In this document: one piece after another, positions 1 through 12,272 of the stretch
Layout: every line of letters starts with the position of its first letter
How positions within the stretch are numbered: the stretch's first letter is position 1
Origin: Tubiluchus corallicola
Lineage: Eukaryota > Animalia > Priapulida
Direction of reading: 5' to 3'
Assembly: GCA_030141605.1 (NCBI GenBank)
Contig: JAQGDQ010000142.1
Span: 248,001 to 312,000, forward strand
Length of the DNA stretch: 64,000 bases
The notes under the pieces: model-generated
Seen by the model: only the letters and a program-made list of their open reading frames with translations
Databases searched by the model: none
Told to the model about the DNA's origin: nothing
Made by a program: the position numbers and the translations under genes

Positions 1-660
1 AAAAAAGAACCTCGAAAATACACCGCTCCTGTTTCGTATAGTGGACATCTCTCCTAGCGAAGCCTTCAGCATTTTGTAGATCGTTTCGTCTTCTTTATGC
101 GAATGTATTTTTTTACCCTCGTGCCCAAACGGTTGCACAAATTGAGTTTTTCTAGAGGCTGTTTAAGCAGTTTTCAGCAAAATTTGCCCAGTTGTGTCCG
201 GGAAAATGCCCGTAGCGGGCATTGGTGGCCTTCCAGTGAAATCTAAATATGACTACACCCACCGTTGAATGGGCTATTCAATCGCTACAGCACCACCCGC
301 GGCCCATTCCGGATCTCTAGAAATAAGAGGCATAAGCTTTGCAAAAAATGGGCAAAAAATGGTCATTTTTGGAGGTTTTTCGGCCTCCGTTCCTCACGGT
401 AGGCCCGGTTCGAAAAATGAGCCCCCAGGTTCGAACCCTTGGGTGGAGACCTTTCATGTGACGTATAGATTGTCGAGAATGATGCCGTCGTCGGAGCTGT
501 AGCTTCGTCGGTTATATATCTATACCAGCGATACGGCAGCCGAGAAAAAGAAGAAAAGAACTGCGGCCTTTCAATCGGCCACATTGAGCTATATTCGGAT
601 GAAAGTTAAAAAACAAAAGAAGTACAAAGAATGATTACTGATTAAATTTTGTAATGTTAA

Positions 661-746
661 CAGAAAATATCACACTTAAAAGGATACAGTCGTATATATA
701 TATATATATATATACGACTGTATCCTTTTAAGTGTGATATTTTCTG
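661..746. repeat. Perfect 86-bp palindrome: 32-bp arms around a (TA)11 core
   Basis: CAGAAAATATCACACTTAAAAGGATACAGTCG (661-692), then (TA)n (693-714), then its exact reverse complement (715-746). Confidence 0.95.
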
Positions 747-959
747 CTAATATATATGGATAGACATGCAGGTATTAACTGAAAAGAAGAAGAGAAACCC
801 AACTGCCCAGTTGTCCTCTCTAGAAACGTCCCTCTCCTCAAACGTATACCCGATTGTTTCCCTAGCCTTTAACAGCTTTATTGGTTGTACACACTATGGT
901 TTAAATCACAAAAGGTAGATTTACAAAAAGTTTTTAACACGAATTTTGCCAAATTGAAC

Positions 960-1285
960 ACCAAATGCAGCATATGTCTGGGAACCAAAAATATCCAGGA
1001 GTCCAAAAATCTCGGGGCTTAAATATCCAGGGCCCAAAATGCCTGAGGCCCAAGTTGTCTAGGGCCCAAATTGTCTGGGGCCTAACCTGTCTGTGAAAAA
1101 AATATCCTGGGGTCGAAATTGTCTGGGGCCTAAATGTCTGCAGTCCAAATATCTCGTGGCCTCAAAAACCGGTGCCCAAAAGTCAGAACATAAATCTGGG
1201 GTCCAAATATCAAGGAATGTCTGGGTTCAAATATCCAAAGTCCAATTGTCTGAGGCCCAAACGTCTAGGACTCAAGCATCCGTAA
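960..1285. repeat. Degenerate ~19-20 bp tandem array (AAATGTCTGGGGCCC-like), probably the arm of a non-autonomous DNA element
   Basis: Recurring aaatatccagggcccaa / aattgtctggggcctaa / aaatctggggtccaa units. Confidence 0.6.
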
Positions 1286-4200
1286 ACCAAAGTTAAAAAT
1301 GCAATACATGCAGGTGAAAACTTTCACATTATTTTCCGACAAAACTTTAATAAAATCAGACATGACATTGTTCAATTGATTTTAGAAAACCAGATGTCCT
1401 ATCGAAACAACTCGGTTTTTTCAAATATATTTTCTGATAATTTTATTAAAACATTCTGAGCACTCATCATTACTGTGTGAATATAATAAATGCATTTAAA
1501 ATATAGCACTAAAGTATGCTTTGATTTGCGGAAAAATGCTAATAAAATAGTAAATTTGCGAGGCGGCGGTATTTAATAATAGCGAAATTAAACAATTTTG
1601 CTAAATATCTGAAGGGAAGGGTGTCACTCTGTTGAAGCTTCTATTTGCATTTAAATGGCCTTTAATGTTAGTGAAGATGAAATGCGAATAATTTCGAATA
1701 ATCAAAAGAAAGTTTAAATCAGTAGATAAACAGATTGCACGGTTAGTTACAGCACTGATTGTTCAGATGTAAAAGGAAGATAAATTTAAGGAATAAAACA
1801 AGAGAGATCAGTGTTGATAAAAGGTTGCTCGGAGTGGCAAGTGTTGATTTAGGGGAGAACTTGTTGCACCACGTGTCCAACACTGCAAATATGAACAGGA
1901 TCTGGTGAAGACACACGCACAATATGGTTGATCGGGACTTAATACATAAATGTCTGACTTCCGGAAAACACTCCAACCATTAGGCGAAAAGAGAGAATGT
2001 CTTTTCCGATGCACAGCACAGGGATTACAATGTTATCCTGGCAGATTTCAGTGTCTTAAGCAGTAAGAGGCGATGGATCATCAAAGAAATATCCTCAAAA
2101 AATAAAATTGCCTGACTTTGTACAACCTTCATTTTCAAGTCTTGTTTGAGATGTTAAAGAATAAAAAATATTACAAAACTACTCTGGTATTGAATACACA
2201 AAAGAAAAGCGTTTCCTGTTTCCTCTAACAATACTAGTTCCTACGAGAGGAAGTCGAAAATGATTAGTGTGAACCGCGAGAAACAGAGTTGGTAAATAAA
2301 ATGTCTTTCTTGCTCATCTTTTTCATCCCCTTCATGATTGAGTCAATGTTTTCTGAGACTTGAAAATACTCTTTCCTTGGAAATGACAATCATAATACTA
2401 AATGTAATCGCTAAGTGCTTCAATTACTCTATTGTCAGGGTACTATTGCTATTGTAAAGTTGGCAAAGAAGAACTAGAAGACTAAACCATTTTGTCTGTA
2501 GAAAACTTGCTTTAATCTTTATGTTACAGAGGAGACCGTCTCCAATTAGTGATTATTTTTCTGTTCTCTCTAAGTCCACTAATTGCTGTTTCATTTTCTG
2601 TGAACTAATACGAGTTTTAGGTAACCTCCTAATTAAAACAACCGTGTAGCAAAGAAGCTAAGCTACAGAGTTCTTTCCTTTAAAAGGGTGTTAAATTTAG
2701 CCATGGCGGTTTTGCAAGACGGTTCAGTTTAGAAACAGTCTCTTTTCCACGTAGCCTATCTTTGGCTAAAAACAACGCAATTGTGGCCACGCATTGTTTA
2801 GTTTTTCAGAACAAAGTGACTTTACGTAAAACGCTAACGTCAATATATTATTGACAAATTTAGAATAGTTTTTAAAAATTTTAAGGACATTAGGTTTTAG
2901 TAAAATTTCGGTTTGCGTGAACACATTCTATTACATAAAGGCACGTTCTTGCCCTGATTCTATAGCATTATTCATTAACACAGTGAATATTTGCCGGAGT
3001 CTCTTGAAATGTCGAAGGATACGAAAATGGCGCTACGTCACAAGTGGAATAGATGTTGCTTAAAAATTGCTGTAGCAAATAGTAGACTGGGCAAATCGTA
3101 TGACAATTTGATCACGCTATGAGCGAGCAGACGGATAGGTGAAAGGGATCAAATTTCACAGCTGGTGATAGGGATCAAATAACAAGCATAAACAAACATA
3201 AAATTATAAAACATAGCAAATATGAAAATCAAAATAAAAACTCATTTACTCACTTAAATAACTTCAGCCCCTTCGCCTCTTCATTCTTCCCGGTTAGATT
3301 CTGACATTCTTGATAATGAGATAAGTTCCGTAAAACTATTACAATTTACAAAAAAAAAATTCTACAGTTTTCCAAATATTAATGATTATAAACTAAGAGA
3401 CACGAAGAGAACTTTATACTTGAAAGCATGTTGGCTGAACAATCTAAAATGAGAATAAAGAAATGAGAAGAATTGCCCATAAGGAGAAATAAAATTTATG
3501 CTATAAGTCTTATGAAATATATTTATTAATTCCAAGTAGTGCAATTTGGGAGCACGGTCAACTGCAAAAACTAGCTTATAGGCCTAAATAGAATAGAGCC
3601 TGGATAGTCCATCAAAAGTATCTCGTTCTTTGGTCCATTAAAAATTCTTTTCTCACCAAGCATTATTTATTAAGTGATGTGTAACGGTAAATGAAAATTT
3701 TAATAAAATGTGACACAATGATGATAAAGAAATACTATTTATTTCAGCATCAAAGTCATAAATACATACAATTATCGATACTTTTAACATAAACAATACT
3801 TTAAAAATAAAATTTACAATATCTGCACACGAGTACATTCAAGTTCGGCTCGTTTATTTCCATGTTGCTGTGCTTTTCATTCGCAGTGAAATACAGTCAA
3901 CATTAATTTGCAAATCATGAAAAATTGGCATTCCTAAAAATGCACCGAATGTCTTGCCATATTATCAATCATCCCCAAAGTGAGTTTATTAAGCAGTTTC
4001 ATTTGTCGGATGTTTTCTTTATCAAAATTCATAAAACGTTTGCGCAACACCAACAAGCTGTGAATCACATTAGTGAGTTGTCAAATAAACAGAATAGAAA
4101 CGAAAAGACAACAAACACCTAGACTTGTGAAGTATTTGATAGACCTACAATTAATTTTCTGACTTGATATGCCACACAAAAAAGTTTGAAGATGTGACCA

Positions 4201-4712
4201 ATCAGAGTTCTTTTGACTATTGAGCCTCAAAACCCATTTCGTGACACCATGTATACACACTTAATCTTTCAATTTCGTTTGCTCTTATCATAAATCTTAC
4301 TTATAATCGCTTCACTATGAATCTGCAACCCAGTAGTAACTGAAGCAACCCCTTGGCGGTCACACAAAGATTCAAACATTTAACACACAGACACATTAAG
4401 AGCATCGTTTATAAACGTTTTATGAATAACCCTTTCGTGATTAGCGTAGTATTAATTAGAGTTAACGTATAACCTTCATTCACACCTACATAAATCATGG
4501 TGAATGCACATGCAAGACCTGTGAACATAAACTCATTGCTAGTGAGTTCAGGCGCACATAGCAATTATTAATGTGTAATAAGAAACTACATATAGATCAA
4601 AAGAAAAACAACATTAATATGGTTCGAAATGTTTCTTTAGACAAATCTTTCTGATACCGGTGATTGAACTTCTGTGCGTAGTTACCCCAATAACTATAAG
4701 TTTGTAATGTGA

Positions 4713-5886
4713 TTAAACTGTATGAGTTTGTAGCACTTCATCTAATGATACTGTTTCAGAGTTATGCGCATTATTCTGTGTGCAGCAACTACTACTTTCG
4801 TCCGTGCACGCTTCTATTTCAGTCAAAGGTTTTTCCACTTCAACACATTTAGGAACAAAGTTTTGCTCTCTAGCTGAACCACAGAGACCACAGCTCAGGG
4901 TGTAAATACAAGGGGCACGGAAATTAGGCACTACGGCGACATACAAGAATGGGTTGATGAAAGTATCAATGGAAGAAATGGCTTTTGTGATGGCATACTT
5001 GTACCCGAACACGAATGTCTGTTCTTCAATATCGGCGTTTGGATCAGACTTCAACACGGACAGCATAACTGAGTACAGAGGAAGCCACAAGCAAATGCTT
5101 TTATAAAACACGATACCAGTGGCGTAGAATGTTCTGCGAATGTGGGGAAATGATTCTTCTCGACTGGCAGGAATGAAGTGCCACAACCAATTGTGCACAA
5201 TGACAGAGAATATGATCACACTGAGTACTGAAGGCATCAGATAGGCAAAGATGAACAATCCGTACCAGTACTCTGTTAGAATGTCTATCCACACAGCGCA
5301 CGTTGTATGAGGCGCAGCTTCCCAAGGATAGTAACTGTTCGTTTCCAAGTGTCCCGTTAGAGGGCCCATGAGATTAGTTAGTATCATCATTATCCAGAGG
5401 GCGCTGATGACAATCACGTACATGTAGTACCGGTTGACTTCAGGATGAAATAGCACTAGTGCCTGTTCAATTAACAATAGTACCAAAGAGTACACACGCA
5501 CAAAGTGCACAATGTTAACACACATGAACAGCACACTACACATGGCGTCACCATAAGGCCAGTACCAGAGGTAAATGTAAGTACCATCTAGTACTAACGG
5601 TACAATGTACAGTAAATCTGCTACAGAGACATTCATAATAAGCAGCGTGGAGCTAGTCCTGAAACTTGCATTTATCACAAATGTCAATACCACAATACCA
5701 TTGCTGATCAAGGACGAAATAATAATCAACAAGTAAAAGCTAACAGAGAATTTCGTCTGAAAGCTCATGAAGTCGTAAAATTTCAAGTCAATTTCTGTCA
5801 GATTAATGCTGTCTGCAGTAGTGTGGCCAGAAGCTGCCGATTCTTTTTCAAAGTTCCACCGTTCCGCGTCCATATTTCTTCTGTGA
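4713..5886 (-). CDS. Class A (rhodopsin-like) GPCR, peptide-receptor-like (allatostatin-A/galanin receptor-like), main coding exon
   Basis: Seven hydrophobic segments. TM1 SNGIVV, TM2 NVSVADLL, ECL1 WPYGDAMC, TM3 VYSLVLLLIEQALVLFHP (DRY position), TM5 FAYLMP, TM6 CLWLP, TM7 INPFLY, Cys-rich tail, N-glycosylation sequon NLT. Acceptor ttcttgttctag at 5887; first Met in exon at 5873. The ORF-track extension to 5996 is microsatellite, not protein. Confidence 0.9.
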
Positions 5887-5924
5887 CTAGAACAAGAAAA
5901 TACTGTAAGAAAACTGAAAGTTAG

Positions 5925-6042
5925 ACACAGACAGTCAGACAGACAGACAGAAACATACATACGTACATACATACATACATACATACAGACAAACACGACT
6001 GAACACCTTACTCATGTCGCGACTACAGTAATCGTGGGTAAT
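5925..6042 (+). mobile_element. 3' end of a Helentron-associated (HINE/DINE-1-like) element
   Basis: (ACAG)n/(ACAT)n microsatellite followed by a terminal stem-loop-like ttactcatgtcgcgactacagtaatcgtgggtaatt. Same layout as copies at 31.2, 39.0, 59.0 and 60.5 kb. Confidence 0.5.
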
Positions 6043-6754
6043 TGAATGATAATTGTGACGTAAGTGGCAATATTCACTGTATATATAGGTAAACATAATA
6101 ATAAATATATTGTAAATTATATCAAATATCTATATACAGCAGTCAATGTTAAGAAGTCAATAGCCATTACAATTAGGAATAACATAATATCATTAATCGT
6201 AAAGAATGAGCTATCATCAAAAGCAAGGAACGGATGGGTGAGGATGATTAATCTTTCGTTTTATTTAAAAAATGATCTTCTAGTTTCAGACAAAGTTTAA
6301 ATTAATTATAAGAGACACACAGACACGCACGCACACAGATATATACGTTGATACATTAATGATATAAGTTAAATATAACTAATACGATGTTATTAAGATT
6401 GTCAAAAATTATAACCAGAAAAACACATTTGCCGCTATTAAAATTATTACGCAATATGCCATATCACTGACTAACTTTGAAGCGATATTTATCATAATGA
6501 TTAGAGAGAATATTTGCGTCTATGTGAGATTAAAGTACTGCAATAAAATGAATTAAATTTTGTAAATCAATTAAACATTTAAATATTACAACATACGTCA
6601 ATTATGAAATTTTCTTTTACAATATTTACTAAGGCGTCAAATAAGGATTTTCTTCTTAGAATGTAGATGTCGGAAATAGTACTATCTGCTAATTGTCTTC
6701 GAAAGTTTAGTCTCTTTCTTGACACAGTGTAGTAATATATGTTCAACTGCTTAC

Positions 6755-6765
6755 TGCTCCATCAT
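6755..6765 (-). CDS. Probable micro first coding exon of the GPCR (MMEH)
   Basis: Minus strand ATG ATG GAG CA|GTAAGC. The phase-2 donor joins the phase-2 acceptor at 5886 in frame, giving MMEHHRRNMDAERW. Confidence 0.45.
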
Positions 6766-8367
6766 GCTACAGACACAAAGTCCACTATCTATAAATCCAG
6801 GTCTGAACAGAAAATCACGAAAAATGGAGGGAAAGCCCTAACGCAACACTTAAAGCCATACAGGAGCCGTTCTACTGCAGTATGAAATCGCCAATAAAAA
6901 TGCGCCTTGCTTTGACAGAAAAGAGTTAAATAAACAAGTATCAACGTATTAGTGAGCCCTGTCACGCATTCACAACAATACTGATTACACTAGTGAAACG
7001 TGAATTATCTTTGACATATTATGTGCCTATTAGCAATATTGTTATTTGACATCAATGACATGTCCACATAATCCTCCTGATAATGAGGTATACATGTACT
7101 GTGTCAGCATTGTGAATATGCCGAGCTTGCCACTTAATAAGATTCCGTGCCGCGACATATTTCATGTCAACACTTACAATATTATTGATGTATGTAAAAA
7201 AGCGCTTGCATGCGTGTCAGTGGCAAATATCGTTGAACAAAAAGGCAAGTATGGATAACTTAAATGTCGTTAATTAAAAAGGGTAATATTTATGGTCAAA
7301 AGGCGAAAAGAGGTCAATTCGAATCATATAAACAATTAACATGTATGTCTTATGACTCAATATGGCATAAGGTATGTATCATACATTTATGCTACATTTT
7401 ATAATTGTACCTTGAATGCATTCATTAGTCTTAGAGGAGCACATAACAAAGATTAAGAAAACTCTTTTGTGCTCAATACCCATATACTAAAAGTGTCTTT
7501 TGTGCAGAATACACTAAAGGCACAGATTGCCACTAAATTTGCCAAGAAAACTAAAACACGCATGCGCCCTTCGAAATGAAAGTGGAACATTACGTTGCAT
7601 GTATTGTAGCCATATTTATAGAAGTTCAAATTTACATAAAAGATAGTGAGATGGAGTTTTTAACACTTGATGTGTTATTACCTTATTTTTACTGTACTGT
7701 GTGTATGTTGTTAAATATTGTCTTCAACGCGAAAATTTATTATAGTCGGAGTATGAGTAAGGCGTTCAGTGCGCCTGTGTGTGCGTGTGTCCAACCGCGC
7801 AAGAAAACCAAAACGAATGTTGCTATTATCACTAAATTCTGGGCAAGACCTAGAAATCCATTGCTTTTTGGCTCAAAAAGGGAAACGCTAAGGTCATGGT
7901 CATAGTTACTTCACGCTAGGGGTGAACTTGTATTTCTATTGAGTTTTTCTTGCATTCTGGAAGTGGATCGGGCACGAAGTGCTGTATCCTTAAAGATTGG
8001 TCATGTTGTTTGATAAAGTTGTTGTTCATTTCTGTGCTAATGTCGTCATATTCTTCGCTAAAAGCCACCACATGTTACAGTTTTCATCCTAAGAGACTGA
8101 AATTTTGGTTGAAGATATTATGGACTTTTGCGCAGACAACGTAACGAAACCAGATTTTTCACTTTCCCAATACGGCCTTCAAATACGCCTTTTAAATGGT
8201 TTACATCCATTTAATGGATTTGCCCGTACATTCTTACATTGTTGTAGTTTCTTCCATTTGAATGTATTAACGGATCTACTCAAACATCTATTCTAAACTT
8301 TTGTCAATAAAAAAAACAAATTCAAGCACTTCCCATGGTTTTCTTATGGAAACCATCAACTTTACAG

Positions 8368-10093
8368 GAAATGAGCCAGCAGGACGTAGTACATTAGTGT
8401 CTGTGTCCTGGTTTGTAAAATGTAAAATGGTGATTTCAACCAGTCAAACTATGCTGATCATCATAGTCAGTAATTAGCCTCGTTTGCTATTTCAACTATT
8501 CTAAATTAAGTGGTCATCTTACATCAGAAGACAGTGTTAATACGAGACACCTTTCTATAACATTTCGCTGCCTATTTTACTCGTGTTGCATAAGGTGATT
8601 TAGTGAAGACCAGTAAGTTTTGCAGCTGCATCCTATTTCCCTGGAAACACAATTGTACATCTGATGCTCTCGTAATTATTATGACGGATGCTGCTAGGCT
8701 TGTAAATCAAATCAAGGGATGAAACATGGGCCACTTATCAACATGACTGTTCATATCCGTTATTGTTGGCCTACTTTCCCATGACATCGCTGAGTTAGTT
8801 AATATAAAGTGTGGCTATTAGTAGTACATGGAATATACACTTTAACTACTTGCTTTTTGGGCCTTTTGTTTCGTTGTAAAAATTGCTACGGCTCCATTTC
8901 AATGTTAAGTTAAGTCCTGATAATTTATAATTGTCATATAAGAGGTTGAATAAGTCTAATTTATTACAATCCATTCCATTCCATTTCAGTCCAATTCCAT
9001 TCAATTCAGTTCAATTCAATTCAATTCACTTCATTTCAATCTAATCCAATCCAATCAATCGAATCGAATCGCATCTATCCATTTCATTCCAATCCAATCC
9101 AATCAAGTTCAATCCTACCCAACTCAACCCGGTCAAATCCAAATCCAATCCAAACCTAGGCCAATCCAAATCAAGCCAAGCGAAGCCAAGCCCTGTTAAA
9201 CTAGTATAATCTAAAATACGCCACACAAAATGGAAGGAAACTTTTTATTTGCTTCAACAAAGCAGATAACGCTGCATTTGAAATTCTATTAAACAGCTTA
9301 AGATTTAAATTTTTGATGTCTCGCATATTTCAAGAAGTAATAAATTTTTGCACTGTTCATCTGCAGCCTAGGCGATTTTTTTACAGCGAGCACTTTCATG
9401 CGTGTCCACGATGGTTAGTTTATGTTACACAGGAGGCTACTCTACATGAATTTTTGATGATGCAGTTACAGCTTAATCTCTTTTATCTGTTTTTGCTCAA
9501 AGAACACGAGTTGAACGATCGCAACAGGAGAATTTCACAGCCCGGATCAACAATAGGTATAACTAAAACTGAATCCACAACACGAGAACTTCTATATCTT
9601 TTTTTCTGTTTCCTTCCGCGAATATAGCAAATCATTTTATTGCAGTAAACACAATAGAGCAGTGCTAACAAGAAGGAAAAAATTCGTTGTTGCACAATCT
9701 GGTAAGCAGGCGAGGAAATTGATCTGCTACACCTGGGGGTTCAGGAGATTGTAAGAAATGAGCAAGTAGGACGTGCCGAAACCAAGTGCATTAGTGCTTG
9801 TATCCTTGTTTTTAATAAACATGAAATAATGATTTAATTCAGTCAAACTATGATGATTATCATAATTAACCTCGCTTGCTATTTCAATTATTTTAACTTG
9901 TGTGGTCAACTTATATCGAAAGATACAAGATTTCGCTTCTATAACATTTCGATGTCTATTTTGCTCATGTTGCAAAAGATTTAGGGAAGACCAGTAAGTT
10001 TTGCAGCTGTGTCTGATTTCCCTGGAAACACAATGGTGCATTTGATGTTCTTGTAATTATTATGACGGATGCTGCAAGGCTTGTAAATCAAAT
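8368..10093 (+). mobile_element. Two diverged direct copies (~340 bp; 8368-8712 and 9754-10093) of a decayed hAT-like DDE transposase segment
   Basis: Both copies share gaaatgagc.ag.aggacgt, cagtcaaactatg.tgat.atcat and taattattatgacggatgctgc.aggcttgtaaatcaaat. Broken translations give IIMTDAAR and, downstream of copy 1, HDIAELV, resembling hAT TDAA..M / LH..AE.V motifs. Confidence 0.45.
8966..9192. repeat. Degenerate pentanucleotide array (TCCAT/TTCAA/TCCAA)n
   Basis: Visible 5-bp periodicity drifting from ccatt to ttcaa to tccaa to gccaa. Confidence 0.85.
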
Positions 10094-10487
10094 TACAAGT
10101 TACAAATTTCATACTGCCACATGAACATCTTTTTGAAAATTATTATTCAATTTCAGAGAACGTTTGAGGTCATTTAGGTTTTAGACATATATTACCTATA
10201 ATTCGTGTTATCAAGTGTATTAGAATTGTACATATTGTTACAGAATATGTACGGTTTTTTCCTTTTTTAAATGAAATACAAACGAAATTTCAGTCAAAAG
10301 TAATATTAATAGAAGTGTGAAATGTGTAAAGAAAGAAACCTATTGCATTGCAATTAATATTTATGTTATGTTTCTTAGTCTATACTTAACTTGTCAACTG
10401 GTTAATGTTGTTGCTGTTTACCATCATACCTGAGCTGAACACTTATTGGTTAAGCGATCTTCCAGCAAAGACATCGATTGGCGAAAA

Positions 10488-10705
10488 TTCTGCAGACATC
10501 TCATTAAAGCGTACAAATCAATTTTAGCTTTTGTAACACTTGCGACAGAAAGCAATGAAGAAGTTTCGCTTTGAAGTGATTGTTACAGAAGTTCTGACTT
10601 TAAAACAACTCATCCAGAACATTTCAAAAGCTGCAGAGTAAAAACATAGAGAGCAAATTTTTGTGGTCTCTATTTAACTAGAGGTACTTTAAGATGTTTT
10701 GTTCA
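10488..10705 (+). repeat. Dispersed repeat, second copy at ~14273-14490
   Basis: ttctgcagacat.tcattaa.g.gtacaaat ... gaagttt.gctttgaa.t.attgtta.agaa ... tttaactagagg is shared by both loci. Confidence 0.65.
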
Positions 10706-11285
10706 AATATAAGCATTTAAAAACAGATACAAGGTCATAGGAACAATGGCTTCAAGCCCTGAAATTTAATTCGCTTTTGTCATTCAAAAGCTCTGCGAAG
10801 CATTAACAGCGCATTTACGTGTCCAGAATCCTTAATCAATATTCTTGTAAGAAAACAGCGACTTAAAACACATTAAAACCGCATTAAGACATTGTGGAAA
10901 AATGGCATTAATTCGTCCATAACTTCATGCTTTAATCTGCTTTACTTTTTAAAAGGACGGTAAATTAATTTTATCGCCTAATTCAATATTTTATAAATTA
11001 AACGACAAAATCGTGTTAATTGCAATTATAGGCTATGCTTCTGATTATAGGCCATCAAACACTGACTTACAAGTATGAATAACACTGTAATTTGTGAATC
11101 TTGTAATTAATGATATATTTAGTTACACAACTTGTGCTGCTTGGTGACGCCATAATAAGTATCCGGTTCTAAATACTATACTAACTTGCATTTTATTATA
11201 ATGAATTCAAACTGCTAGAAAACTTTAGCATGCACCGTGTTATATGTAACATTTCGTTAATTCGTCAATATTTAACAAAGTAAAT

Positions 11286-12272
11286 ACCATTACGTAACAT
11301 CATTATCTAATATTTAACGCCAATATGTAACAATCGTTATGTAACAAAAAATGCTGCATTACATAACAGACTAGCGTAGGTTTGGTCGTGATGTTCAGCT
11401 GGGCCTCGTCACGCTCTGGATGTGTAGTATAATTACTGGACGGAGTCTGAATTTGGGTCTGGCTCCAGCTTGAGAGCCTGATGTGCCAGATGTCTAGTTT
11501 GGCCTTGGTTAGATTTGACGTGGGCATAAGTTTCTCAATGCAAGAAAGAAATTGGAAAATGGTCCCAACGAAGAATGATATTGTTTGACCTGGCATTGAC
11601 CCTTAGTTCTTGGTTGAACAAATTCTTGTACACGTATATCTCCTTTAAGCTGCCACAGATAACAAGTTTCATCGCAAGAAGCTGAAATTTTTCACAGACA
11701 TATAACACACTGAGGACTAATTCAAGGGCCACAAAAGAGCCGAATTTTCCAGTTTCAGATCAGGCAGACCAAACCCAACTAGACAAAACCTCTGGCAGAT
11801 TAGACCTCAGGTAGACTAGACCCACTGTAGATGAGCTACCTTGGAGACTGGACCTTTGATCAAACCTCTGGCAGACCGCACCCCAGATGGTCAGATAGAC
11901 TAGCCACAAAAAGATCTCTGATATATCAGATTTCAGACAGATCAGAACTCAGACAGAGCAGCCACAGAGCTCACATTCAACAGATCAGACCTCAGACAGA
12001 CCAGACCCCACATACTACACGTATGACAGATCAGACATCAAGTAGACAAGACTCCCGGCAGACAGGCCTGGCCAAGTCGGAGTCAGACCAAAGCCAGAAT
12101 AGAAAGAAACTGACCCAATAATTAGACCATATCGAAACCATGACAAGACACCATACATTATCCTGTTACATTGTTACTGTTACTAGTGACGTAAACTTTA
12201 TTACAAAATGAAATTTTTTTATTGCATGATGCAGCATTTTTGTTACATAATGGTGTAATGTTATGTAATGAG
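11286..12272. mobile_element. Foldback/MITE-like element with inverted ends and internal CAGAC-rich short repeats
   Basis: Left cattacgtaacat...ttatgtaacaaaaaatgctgcat is inverted relative to right atgcagcatttttgttacataa...atgttatgtaatg. TCTG-type repeats at 11410-11520 oppose CAGAC-type repeats at 11755-12130. Confidence 0.55.

Noticed and set aside
1-600. GC-richer segment with two short overlapping ORFs
   Set aside because: No recognisable protein motif or splice structure; probably the interior of a repeat truncated by the window edge, and not classifiable.
5887-5996. N-terminal extension MFVCMYVCMY... of the GPCR ORF
   Set aside because: It is translated (ACAT/ACAG)n microsatellite and polypyrimidine tract upstream of a clear splice acceptor.
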